Source: Chloroflexota bacterium
Lineage (GTDB): Bacteria; Chloroflexota; Limnocylindria; Limnocylindrales; CSP1-4
Length of the DNA stretch: 27,044 bases
Direction of reading: 5' to 3'
Assembly (NCBI GenBank): GCA_029858845.1
Contig: JAOUEG010000001.1
Location: 1-27,044 of the forward strand
Position 1 is the stretch's first letter. Each line of letters begins with the position of its first letter. The notes under the pieces were generated by a model. It was not told the origin of the DNA and did not search any database. It was given only the letters and a program-made list of their open reading frames with translations. Position numbers and translations under genes: made by a program. Of the stretch, positions 6,755 through 15,712 are shown one piece after another.

Positions 6755-7503
6755 GCAGACCCGCGATCCGGCTTGCCGGGGTCGACGTCCGCTATCGCGA
6801 GCGGGCCGCCCTGCGCAACGTGGACCTCGAGATCGCCACCGGCGAGCGCGTCGCACTCATCGGCGGCAACGGAGCCGGCAAGTCCACCCTGCTGCGGGTC
6901 GCCGTCGGGACGCTCGGACCGTCCGCCGGCGGCGTGGAGCTGCTGGGGCAGTCGATCGACGTGCTCGATCGGATGGCCGTCGCGCGTCGGGTCGCCGTCG
7001 TGCCACAGGCTGCGACCCTTCCCTTTGCCACGCGCGTCGAGGAGGTCGTGGGACTGGGCCGGATCCCGCACGAGGACCCGTTCCGCGGCGCCCGCGCGTC
7101 GGACCGCGCCGCGATCGCGGCGGCGATCGAGCGCGTGGGCGTGGGCCATCTGCTCGGACGTGACGCTCGAGAGCTGTCGCTCGGCGAGCGGCAGCTCGTC
7201 CTGATCGCGATGGCGGTCGCGCAGGCGGCCCCGATCCTGATCTTGGACGAGCCGACGGTCCACCTGGACCTGCGGCACCAGGTGGGGACGATGGACCTGT
7301 TGGTGGATCTCAACGAGCGTGACGGGACCACCGTCGTCGCCGTGCTCCACGACCTGACCCTCGCCGCGCACTTCTTCCCCAGGCTCGTGCTGCTCGACCA
7401 CGGCTGCGTCGTGGCGGACGGGAACCCCTCGGAGGTGCTGACGCCGGATCGGATCCGCGACGTCTTCGGGGTGGACCCGGCACTGGTTCGGCTCGGCGCC
7501 TGA
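6751..7503 (+). CDS. btuD: Cobalamin/iron-chelate ABC transporter ATPase (BtuD/FecE-like), 250 aa
   Basis: Walker A GGNGAGKST, signature LSLGE, Walker B ILDEPT..LD, H-loop VLHD. GTG overlaps the btuC stop. Confidence 0.88.
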   Translation: MSRPAIRLAGVDVRYRERAALRNVDLEIATGERVALIGGNGAGKSTLLRVAVGTLGPSAGGVELLGQSIDVLDRMAVARRVAVVPQAATLPFATRVEEVVGLGRIPHEDPFRGARASDRAAIAAAIERVGVGHLLGRDARELSLGERQLVLIAMAVAQAAPILILDEPTVHLDLRHQVGTMDLLVDLNERDGTTVVAVLHDLTLAAHFFPRLVLLDHGCVVADGNPSEVLTPDRIRDVFGVDPALVRLGA

Positions 7504-7507
7504 CGCG

Positions 7508-7516
7508 TGGTACGCT
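7508..7516 (+). promoter_or_regulatory. Extended -10 (TGgTACGCT), probably driving a leaderless transcript
   Basis: TACGCT 7511-7516 lies 7 nt before GTG 7524. No SD. Confidence 0.5.
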
Positions 7517-7523
7517 CCCCGAC

Positions 7524-8234
7524 GTGACGCGACGTCGATCGAACGCGCCGGGACGCGTCGGTCCCGACCGCCGTCGGTCCCTCTCGATCCTGGCCGTGCT
7601 CGTCGCCCTGGTCGCGGTGGGCTGCGGCGGCTCGCCCGACTCGTCAGGATCCCCATCGCCCGCCGTCCCGACGGCCACGGGCGAGGCAACGGATCCGGCG
7701 ACGGGCCCGGCTACCACGGGACCCGGTCCCACAGCCGCTCCGGTCACGCCGACGCCGACCGCGCTCGCAAGCGAGGCACCGGCGACCGACGCGCCGACCT
7801 CGAGCGCACCAGGTGGGTCAGCCGCGGTCTGTGCCGGAAACGACGACAACCGCGACTTCTATGCGGCGGTCGCGGACGCGGTCGCGTGGCCCGTCTACTG
7901 TCCGGTGCTGGGCGAAGGATGGTTCGTCGACGCTGGTCAGTACCGTCTAGCCGGAGGCGGGTGGATGGAGATCGCCTATCAGGGCCCGCGGGGATTGCGA
8001 CTGGAGCTGCGCGAAGGCGCGGTCTGTGCGGTCGGCGATTGCGTCCTGAACGGGGCCGACGGCGGGGGAGCTGCCTTCGGCGACATGGCCGGCACGCTGC
8101 TGCTCCTCGACGAGGGTCGGCTGGCGATCGTCGTGGACGCCGGGGCGAATCCGAGCTGGACGATCGTCGCCAGCGGATTGGATCAGGCGGCGTTCGAGAG
8201 CATCGCCGCGGAGCTGGTGCGCGTCGGCGACTGA
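7524..8234 (+). CDS. Putative lipoprotein with Pro/Thr/Ala-rich linker and an unknown C-terminal domain, 236 aa
   Basis: RRR followed by hydrophobic LSILAVLVALVAVG-C. Low-complexity PTA linker. Globular domain with 4 Cys (AVADAVAWPVYCPVLGEGW...). Confidence 0.75.
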   Translation: MTRRRSNAPGRVGPDRRRSLSILAVLVALVAVGCGGSPDSSGSPSPAVPTATGEATDPATGPATTGPGPTAAPVTPTPTALASEAPATDAPTSSAPGGSAAVCAGNDDNRDFYAAVADAVAWPVYCPVLGEGWFVDAGQYRLAGGGWMEIAYQGPRGLRLELREGAVCAVGDCVLNGADGGGAAFGDMAGTLLLLDEGRLAIVVDAGANPSWTIVASGLDQAAFESIAAELVRVGD

Positions 8235-8247
8235 CCGCTCCGAAGAT

Positions 8248-8271
8248 GCCGGGCGTGGGCCATGTCCCGGC
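8248..8271 (+). terminator. GC hairpin after the lipoprotein gene
   Basis: GCCGGG (8248-8253) pairs with CCCGGC (8266-8271), with inner CGTGG/CCATG pairing. Confidence 0.3.
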
Positions 8272-8284
8272 GGCCGCGGTCGGG

Positions 8285-8290
8285 CATGAT
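8285..8290 (+). promoter_or_regulatory. Candidate -10 (CATGAT) for a leaderless aminotransferase
   Basis: 6 nt before ATG 8297. No SD. Confidence 0.4.
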
Positions 8291-8296
8291 GGTGGC

Positions 8297-9421
8297 ATGC
8301 GGATCGCCGATTTCGCCCTGGAGCGGTACTTCGCCCGCTGGGAGTTCAGCGTCCGACACATGCTGTGCGCCTCGGATGTCCAGGGGATGTCCATGAGTGA
8401 CGTCCTAAGGCTGGCCGACGACGAGGCACGGGGCCTGTGGGACGACCTGACCCTCGGCTACACGGAGTCGACCGGCCACCCTCTGCTCCGACGGGAGATC
8501 GCGCGGCTCTATTCGCACATCGAAGCGGACGATGTCCTGGTCTTCGCCGGTGCCGAGGAGGCCATCTTCTGCATCGCCAACGTGCTTCTGGCGCCCGGAG
8601 ATCATGCCATCGTGACCTGGCCTGGGTACCAGAGCCTGTACGAGGTGGCCCGGGCGACCGGCGCGGAGGTGGCGCTCCACGAACTGCGCGAGGAATCCGG
8701 TTGGGCCGTGGATCTGGGACTCCTTCGTCGGCAGGTCACACCGGCCACGCGACTCATCGTCGTCAACGCCCCCCACAACCCGACCGGGATGCTGCCGGAC
8801 CGAACCACGTTCGACGGGCTGGCCGAGATCGCCGCAGAGGCAGGTGCGCATCTCCTGGTCGACGAGGTCTACCGCTACCTGGAGTACGACCCATCGGGTC
8901 GCCTGCCGGCCGGTGCGGACGCGCTCGCGAACGGTATCTCCCTGGGCGTGATGTCCAAGTCGTTCGCGATGGCCGGCCTGCGGATCGGATGGCTCGCCAC
9001 CCGCGATCGTGATCTTCTGGCGCGCTGTGCCGCGTTCAAGGACTACACCAGCATCTGCTCGTCAGCGCCCTCCGAGATCCTGGCGCTCATCGGCTTGCGT
9101 GCGCGCGACGCGGTCCTCGATCGCTCACGGGCGATCGTGGCGGCAAACCTGGAGCGCCTCGACGCGTTCTTCGACGGCTGGGCAGACCGATTCGCGTGGA
9201 CCCGGCCCCAGGCAGGACCGGTCGGGTTCGCCAGGCTGACCGTGCCGGGAGTGTCGATCGACGACTGGGCCGCGGGCCTGGTCGAGACCGAAGGCGTCCT
9301 CCTGCTGCCGGGTTCGCTGTTCGGCTACGGTGGGAACCACTTCCGGCTCGGTTTCGGTCGGACCGATCTACCGGCCGCACTCGATCGGATGGAAGCGTAC
9401 GCCGGCGCGACGCTACGCTGA
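8297..9421 (+). CDS. PLP-dependent aminotransferase class I/II, 374 aa
   Basis: LGYTESTGHPLLR, GAEEA, NAPHNPTG, DEVY, PLP lysine in SKSFAMAGLRIGW, FRLGFGR. Confidence 0.9.
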   Translation: MRIADFALERYFARWEFSVRHMLCASDVQGMSMSDVLRLADDEARGLWDDLTLGYTESTGHPLLRREIARLYSHIEADDVLVFAGAEEAIFCIANVLLAPGDHAIVTWPGYQSLYEVARATGAEVALHELREESGWAVDLGLLRRQVTPATRLIVVNAPHNPTGMLPDRTTFDGLAEIAAEAGAHLLVDEVYRYLEYDPSGRLPAGADALANGISLGVMSKSFAMAGLRIGWLATRDRDLLARCAAFKDYTSICSSAPSEILALIGLRARDAVLDRSRAIVAANLERLDAFFDGWADRFAWTRPQAGPVGFARLTVPGVSIDDWAAGLVETEGVLLLPGSLFGYGGNHFRLGFGRTDLPAALDRMEAYAGATLR

Positions 9422-9474
9422 CCGGTGGCTTGCGCGCCCCTGACGTGAAGCGGGTCGGAGGCGTGGTCGGCGGC

Positions 9475-9480
9475 TATAAT
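9475..9480 (+). promoter_or_regulatory. Consensus -10 TATAAT for the FtsX-type ABC operon
   Basis: A perfect TATAAT in a GC-rich intergenic gap, ~105 nt before ATG 9585. Confidence 0.65.
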
Positions 9481-9584
9481 CCGCCCTGGTTCAGGCCCGA
9501 CGCCCCCGTCGCGGATCCGCTCCGCCCGTCGTCTTCGGCGCGCCGGCCGGACGCAGGCGCAGCCGGCCCGGGAGTTGTCCTCGG

Positions 9585-12500
9585 ATGCCCTCGACGCTGA
9601 TCGCCACCCTGCTCGTCAGCCTCCGCCGGACGCGTGCCGCCTGGCCGATCGCCCTCGCCGCCGGCCTCACCTGCATGCTGGCCTCCACCCTGTTGGCGGC
9701 GGGCCCGATCTACGCCAGCGCCGTGTCCGTGGCGGGCCTTCAGCGGGTCCTCTCCGATTCTCCGGTGGACGCCGCGAACATCGAAGTGTCGCTGCGGACG
9801 GAGGCCGATCAGGCCGATTCCGTGGACGGCGTCGTGTCGTCCGAGCTCGAGCAGGTCCTCGCGGGCATCGGGGGCCCACTGGCGCGCTTCGGTCGTTCGG
9901 ATTCGTTCGATCTCCCGACGGCGCTGCCGGGACCGATCCCCGACCTCGTCGAGCTCGGCTTCGCCGAGGGGCTGTCCGAGCACGCGACGCTTCTGGACGG
10001 AGCGTGGCCCCGGGACGAGGATCGGGGCAGTGGGTCGACGGAGCCCGTGCCGGTCGCGGTCGGCGAGCACGTGGCCATGCCGCTCGGACTCGCCGTTGGC
10101 GACGTCCTGCAGCTGGACAGCCGCATCCACCAGGCGTTCTCGGTCCCGGTCCGGATCGCCGGAGTGTTCCGGATCGACGATCCGGCGGACGCATACTGGT
10201 GGGGCGAGTCACAGGTTCTCGACGGGCTCGTCACCAGCCAGGACTTCGCGACCCACGGTCCCTTCTTCACCACCCGCGACCAGTTGCTGGCCCGGACGAC
10301 CGTGGGCCGGCTGCGACTGATCTGGCGCGCCTTCCCGGACCCGGGGAACGTGACGATCGACGACATCGCCGGCCTCGAGGAGCGGATCGGACAACTTGAC
10401 GGCCGGATCGAGGCCTCGACGTCCGGGATCCCCGTCACGGTGTCGACGACGCTCCCGGAGATCCTCGCCAGGGCCGAGCGCTCGCTCCTGGTGAGCCGCA
10501 CCGGCGTCCTGCTCCTGACGGTGCAACTCGCAGTCCTGGCTGCCTACGCCGTCCTGCTCAGTGCGGCGCTCCTTGTCGAGCATCGCCGTGTCGACACGGC
10601 GATGCTCCGGTCGCGGGGTGCCGGCCCGGTCCGGATCGCCGGCCTGACCCTGGTCGAGGCGGTGCTCCTGACGGTGCCGGCTGCGGTGATCGCCCCATGG
10701 GTCGCCGTCATCGCCTTGACGGCCTTCAACGTCGTGGGACCCCTCGCCGCCATCGAGCTGCCGATCGAGCCGGTGGTTTCGCCGGAGGCCTACCTGGCCG
10801 CTGCGGCGGGGGCGGCAGGCTGCCTGATCGCCCTGGTGCTCCCGGCCCTCCCGACGAGAAGGTCGTTCGCTGCCGTCCAGCGCGGTGTCTCACGGGCCTC
10901 CACGACGCCCACGAGCCAGCGGATCGGGCTCGACCTGGCGCTGCTGGCCGTGGCCGGCCTCGGCCTATGGCAGCTCCGCCTCTACGGCGCTCCGCTCACC
11001 CGAACCGTGCAGGGAGCGGTGGGGATCGACCCGCTCCTTGTCGCGGCGCCGGCGATCGGCCTGCTGGCGGGAGCAGTCGTCGCGCTCCGGCTGCTGCCGC
11101 TGGTCGCCGGCCTGGTCGAGCGGGCGACGAGCCGCGGCCGGGGCCTCGTCTCGGCGCTGGGCGCTCGCCAGCTCGCCCGCCGGCCGCTCCGCTACACGCG
11201 CGCCGCGCTGCTGCTGATGCTCGCCATGTCGATGGGGGTCTTCGCCGTGTCATACGGTTGGACGTGGTCCGCATCGCAACACGATCAGGCCGGCTATCAG
11301 GTCGGAGCGGACCTCCGCGTCGAGCCTGGGCTGCGCTCGGCGGCGCTTCCGCGCTGGGCGCTGGACAGCGCCTACGGATCGGTCCCCGGGGTGGTCGTGC
11401 ACATGCCGGTCGACCGGGCCCCGGTGGCGGCCTCCCGCTCGGAGAGTGGTGAGATCGTCGCGCTCGACGCCGCCACCGCGCCATCGATCGTCGTCTTCCG
11501 CCCGGACCTCGCCGATGCTGCGCTCCCTGACCTGCTGGCGCCACTCGCCGATGCCCGGCCGGGTCCGGAGCTGGTACGCCTCGCCGGGAAGCCGAGCAGA
11601 TTGCGCGTCGACGTCTCCACCGCTCTCGACGAGGTCGGCGAGATCGAGTTCGATCCGGTTGCCGACGCGTTCGTCGATACCCCTGCGGACCCGACCCGCA
11701 TCTCGGCGTGGCGCGGCCTCCGGGCCTCGGTCGTGGTGCGCGACGCCTCGGGGATGCTCTATCGCTTCGCGGGCGAGGCAGACATGATCGGCGGCGGCAG
11801 GCACGAGCTCGTCGTGGGGCTCGGGGATCCGGGCGACACGTCCGCCGCCCTCGCCTACCCGCTGGACCTGCTCGCCATCGAGCTCGCCATCAGCCTGCCG
11901 CCGAACCACCAGGTATCCGAGGGCGCCATTGTCGTGCTGGGACTCCAGGCCGCCCCCGGAGACGATCCATGGCAGCCTGTCCCCCTCGACCTGGGCGATG
12001 GCTGGCGACTGTCGTCCTCGGTCTACGGCCAGCCGCACGACCTCGTCGAGCCGGTTCTGCCGGCTGGCGGGTTGACGGCCACCGTGGGCCGACGGGGCCT
12101 CAGCTCCCTGGTCGGCGTCGATGCGTATGGACGGGCAACCGTCCTGACGTTCGCGCCGGCCGTCCTCACCGCCATCGGCGAGGCGACGATCCCGGTCGTT
12201 GCCAGCACGCCGTTCCTCGACGCGAGCGCCCGCAGCGTCGGCGATGAACTCATGATCGACCTCGAGGGCCGCCGGCACATGATCGAGGTCGTCGGGGAGG
12301 TGCTCGCGTTCCCGACCGTCGAGGCCGACGAGCCGGTCCTCGTGATGGACTTCCCGACGTTGGCCCTCGTTCGCTTCGAGGGCACGGACAGCGTGGATCC
12401 GGCGAACGAGTGGTGGCTCGACCTCGGGCCGGGAGAGAGCGCGTCCGTCTCGGCCCGCCTCGAGGCCGCTCCGTTCCAGAGCCGATCCGTGGTCAGCCTG

Positions 12501-12968
12501 GAGGGCCGGGAGCAGGCGCTCGCGACCGATCCGGTGGCGCTCGGGATCATCGGGGCCCTGAGCATCGGATTCGTCGCCGCCGCGCTGTTCGCCGTCGTCG
12601 GTTTCGTGGTGAGTGCGGCCGTCTCTGCGCGGGAGCGCGTGTCGGAGTTCGCCCTGCTGCGCGCCCTCGGCCTGTCTCCCGGGCAGCTGTCCGGCTGGCT
12701 GTCGCTGGAGAACGTGGTCCTTGCCGCGGTCAGCCTCGTGGCGGGCACGGCACTGGGCCTGCTGATCGCCTGGGTCGTCCTCCCGTTCGTCACGGTCACC
12801 CAGGAGGCCCGGATCCCGTATCCGCCGGTCATCCTGGAGGTGCCCTGGGCGACCATCGTTGTCCTCGAGGTCGTGAGTATCATCGCCCTCGGGGCGACGG
12901 TCATCGTCCTTGCCTGGCTGCTGCGTCGGATCGGCCTGGCAGCCGTCCTGCGGACCGGGGAGGACTGA
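9585..12968 (+). CDS. Giant FtsX/MacB-type (type VII) ABC permease 1, 1127 aa
   Basis: N-terminal TM, large extracytoplasmic region, then FtsX motif EHRRVDTAMLRSRGAG. A second TM block and large loop lead to RERVSEFALLRALGLS. Confidence 0.88.
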   Translation: MPSTLIATLLVSLRRTRAAWPIALAAGLTCMLASTLLAAGPIYASAVSVAGLQRVLSDSPVDAANIEVSLRTEADQADSVDGVVSSELEQVLAGIGGPLARFGRSDSFDLPTALPGPIPDLVELGFAEGLSEHATLLDGAWPRDEDRGSGSTEPVPVAVGEHVAMPLGLAVGDVLQLDSRIHQAFSVPVRIAGVFRIDDPADAYWWGESQVLDGLVTSQDFATHGPFFTTRDQLLARTTVGRLRLIWRAFPDPGNVTIDDIAGLEERIGQLDGRIEASTSGIPVTVSTTLPEILARAERSLLVSRTGVLLLTVQLAVLAAYAVLLSAALLVEHRRVDTAMLRSRGAGPVRIAGLTLVEAVLLTVPAAVIAPWVAVIALTAFNVVGPLAAIELPIEPVVSPEAYLAAAAGAAGCLIALVLPALPTRRSFAAVQRGVSRASTTPTSQRIGLDLALLAVAGLGLWQLRLYGAPLTRTVQGAVGIDPLLVAAPAIGLLAGAVVALRLLPLVAGLVERATSRGRGLVSALGARQLARRPLRYTRAALLLMLAMSMGVFAVSYGWTWSASQHDQAGYQVGADLRVEPGLRSAALPRWALDSAYGSVPGVVVHMPVDRAPVAASRSESGEIVALDAATAPSIVVFRPDLADAALPDLLAPLADARPGPELVRLAGKPSRLRVDVSTALDEVGEIEFDPVADAFVDTPADPTRISAWRGLRASVVVRDASGMLYRFAGEADMIGGGRHELVVGLGDPGDTSAALAYPLDLLAIELAISLPPNHQVSEGAIVVLGLQAAPGDDPWQPVPLDLGDGWRLSSSVYGQPHDLVEPVLPAGGLTATVGRRGLSSLVGVDAYGRATVLTFAPAVLTAIGEATIPVVASTPFLDASARSVGDELMIDLEGRRHMIEVVGEVLAFPTVEADEPVLVMDFPTLALVRFEGTDSVDPANEWWLDLGPGESASVSARLEAAPFQSRSVVSLEGREQALATDPVALGIIGALSIGFVAAALFAVVGFVVSAAVSARERVSEFALLRALGLSPGQLSGWLSLENVVLAAVSLVAGTALGLLIAWVVLPFVTVTQEARIPYPPVILEVPWATIVVLEVVSIIALGATVIVLAWLLRRIGLAAVLRTGED

Positions 12969-12970
12969 CG

Positions 12971-15709
12971 GTGCGCACGGTCGCAGCGGTCGCCGCCCTG
13001 CTCCGCCGCCTCCGGGTGGAGCGTGAGGCCGTCGTGCTCCTGTTCGTCCTGGTCGCTGTCACCAGCCTCCTCGTCGCGATCAGCCCCCGGCTCTTCCAGC
13101 GCGTGAGCGACGACGGCCTGCAGTACGAACTGGCCGACTCCACGGTCGTGCAGCGCAACCTCCAGTTCTCGACCGTGTCCCAATTCACGCGCGTGGAGGC
13201 TCGCGGCCAGGAGATCTGGGAGCGCCTTCCTCCATCGGTCCAGGCGATCGTGGACCAGCGGCGCTTTGCCCTCGAGACGCCGCGATTCGTCCTGCTCGAT
13301 CCCCCCAACTACGCCACCAGCGTCGCCTTCCAGTACCAGGACGGCATCGAGGAGCAGGTCACGTTCGAAGCAGGCCGCCGGCCACTCGCCGTGACCCCAC
13401 GCACCGATGGCGCGGGCGTACCTCGTTTCGAGGTCGCCGTATCGACGGCCACGGCAGAGGCGATCCTGGTGGGGATCGGCGACGTCCTTCGGGCCCGCGT
13501 CGATGCGTCAGACCCGATGCTCCGGCGCATCTGGCCCCGCCCCGTCACCGAGATCGACTTCGAGGTCGTGGGCCTGTACCGGGTCGACGAGCTGGAGGAC
13601 CCCTTCTGGTTCGGCGAGAGCCGGATGGCCCGCATCGCCGTGACCGGGACGGAGGAGTTCCCGCTGGCGCTTGCCTCGGCCATGTTCGCGCCCGGTGCGT
13701 ACCCGGACTTCCGCGAGCTCGGGCTTCCGATGTCATACCGCTGGCGCTACTTCGTTGCCACGGACCGCATCGACGATGCCTATCTCGAGACGCTCACGCC
13801 GGACCTTCGGCGCCTGGAATCGACCTTCGGATCCACGACCGGGACGCCGGGGGACCTGACCTATCGCACCGGGCTACTGGACATCGTGGACCGGTACGAG
13901 GCCCTCCGGGCAACGACGCAGGCAGCAGTCTCGGTCGCGGCGATCGGTCCCATCGGCGTCGCCATCGGCGCCGTGAGCCTCATCGCGCTCATCATCGTCG
14001 GGCGCCGGCGAACAGCCCTGGTGCTCGTCCGAGGCCGGGGCGCGTCCGCGAGGCAGGTCCTCGCCGCCCAGCTGTGGGAAGGCCTCCTGGTCACGGTGCC
14101 GGCGGCCCTCATGGGCGTGGTCCTGGCCTACCTGGCGGTCGAGGCCCGACCCGATCCGTCATCGACGCGCGGGGCCGTCGTGGTCGCGCTCGCCACGACC
14201 GCCCTGCTGCTTGCGGCAGCCTGGCCGTGGGCACGTCGCGCCCGTCGCGATCTCGAGCGCGACGACCCAGACGTGCGGCGCACGACCCCCCGGCGGCTAG
14301 TGGTGGAAGCGACCGTCGTCGGTGTCGCCCTGTCTGCTACGTGGCTCCTCCGGGAACGAAGCATCGGCGGGGAGGGGGTCCTTGGATTCGATCCGTTCCT
14401 TGCCGCCGCCCCGGTGCTGGTGGGCATCGCCGTCGGCTTGATGGCGATCCGCGTCTATCCGCTGCCGATCCACCTGCTCGCGGCTGTCACCGCACGTCGG
14501 AGGGACCTGGTGCCCGTCCACGGCTTGCGCAGTATCGGTCGCCACCCCGGGGCGGCCTACCTGCCGCTGCTCGTCATGACCCTCACGATCGCGATCGGCG
14601 TGTTCTCCTCGGTCATCGAGACGAGCATCCAGCGCGGCCAGTTCGCGGCATCGTGGCAGGAGGTCGGCGCCGATTTCCGGATCGAGGCGGTTCCAGGCAG
14701 CACGCTCGGATCGGTCGCGGACCCGGTCACGGTCGATGGTGTCGAGGCCTCCGCCGCCGCGCTCAACCTCCTTGTCCCGCCGGCATTCGGATCACCCGGC
14801 AGTGCCACCGGCGTGATCCTCCATGCCATCGAGCCGGTCGACTACGAGGCGGTCGTGGCGGATTCGCCGGCCGCGATCTCCCTGCCGCCGGTGATCCGGC
14901 AGGCGCCAACGGATCCGGCGATCGGCACGCCCGCGATGCCGATCCCGGCGCTCCTCTCGAGCCGGGCTCCCAATGGCTGGCCCGTTCGCGGTGTGGGGGA
15001 CACGCTCGCGCTCCAGGTCAAGGGGCAGGCATTGGAGTTCGTCATCGTTGGTTTCGTCGAATCGTTCCCAGGTCTTCGCTTGGGTTCGACCTTCGTCGTG
15101 GCTCCGCTCGAATCGGTGTTCGCCGCGTACGACGTGGCACCTATCGCGCCGTCGATGCTGTTCGTTCGCGGACCCGCCTCCGTCGGGCCGGGGCTGCACG
15201 GGCTGCTGGACGCCACGTCGGGCGAGGAGACGGAGATCTCGCGCCAGCAGCAGTACGACGCGGTCCGCGCGGCGCCGCTCGTGGCAGCCGTCGGAGGCGG
15301 GTTCCTGATGGCGCTCGCCATCGCGACTGCGTACGCCGCCCTGGCCGTCGTGGCCGTGGTCGCGCTCGATGCCCGGCGTCGAGCGCGCGAACTCGCCTTC
15401 CTTCGGACGCTGGGCTTGAGCGAGCGCCAGCTCGTCGGCCTCACGGTCGTCGAACATGCGCCGCCGGTCCTCGTAGCGGTCGCGATGGGGGTCGGGCTCG
15501 GCCTCGTCGTCGCCTGGCTGCTGGAGCCGGGTCTGGGGCTCGCGGTGTTCATCGGCCCGCAGGCCCCGGTGACCGTCCAGGTGGATTGGGCGGCCGTCGC
15601 CGCCGTGATCGGGGCGGTCATCGCGGTGGTGATCGTGGCGATCGGGTCCAGCTCGTGGGTGGCCCGCCGATCCAGCCCGACGGATGCGCTCCGGATGGGC
15701 GAGGGCTGA
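12971..15709 (+). CDS. Giant FtsX/MacB-type ABC permease 2, 912 aa
   Basis: GTG 12971 lies 2 nt after the permease 1 stop. Same duplicated architecture: RRRTALVLVRGRGAS and RRARELAFLRTLGLS, with GADFRI. Confidence 0.88.
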   Translation: MRTVAAVAALLRRLRVEREAVVLLFVLVAVTSLLVAISPRLFQRVSDDGLQYELADSTVVQRNLQFSTVSQFTRVEARGQEIWERLPPSVQAIVDQRRFALETPRFVLLDPPNYATSVAFQYQDGIEEQVTFEAGRRPLAVTPRTDGAGVPRFEVAVSTATAEAILVGIGDVLRARVDASDPMLRRIWPRPVTEIDFEVVGLYRVDELEDPFWFGESRMARIAVTGTEEFPLALASAMFAPGAYPDFRELGLPMSYRWRYFVATDRIDDAYLETLTPDLRRLESTFGSTTGTPGDLTYRTGLLDIVDRYEALRATTQAAVSVAAIGPIGVAIGAVSLIALIIVGRRRTALVLVRGRGASARQVLAAQLWEGLLVTVPAALMGVVLAYLAVEARPDPSSTRGAVVVALATTALLLAAAWPWARRARRDLERDDPDVRRTTPRRLVVEATVVGVALSATWLLRERSIGGEGVLGFDPFLAAAPVLVGIAVGLMAIRVYPLPIHLLAAVTARRRDLVPVHGLRSIGRHPGAAYLPLLVMTLTIAIGVFSSVIETSIQRGQFAASWQEVGADFRIEAVPGSTLGSVADPVTVDGVEASAAALNLLVPPAFGSPGSATGVILHAIEPVDYEAVVADSPAAISLPPVIRQAPTDPAIGTPAMPIPALLSSRAPNGWPVRGVGDTLALQVKGQALEFVIVGFVESFPGLRLGSTFVVAPLESVFAAYDVAPIAPSMLFVRGPASVGPGLHGLLDATSGEETEISRQQQYDAVRAAPLVAAVGGGFLMALAIATAYAALAVVAVVALDARRRARELAFLRTLGLSERQLVGLTVVEHAPPVLVAVAMGVGLGLVVAWLLEPGLGLAVFIGPQAPVTVQVDWAAVAAVIGAVIAVVIVAIGSSSWVARRSSPTDALRMGEG

Positions 15710-15712
15710 GCG

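Noticed and set aside
7174-7188. ABC signature LSLGE instead of LSGGQ in btuD
   Set aside because: The third signature position varies in functional ABC ATPases, and all other motifs are intact.
7660-7815. Repetitive-looking CCG/ACG-rich tract
   Set aside because: It encodes a Pro/Thr/Ala linker. There are no fixed-length repeat units or spacers, so it is neither CRISPR nor VNTR.
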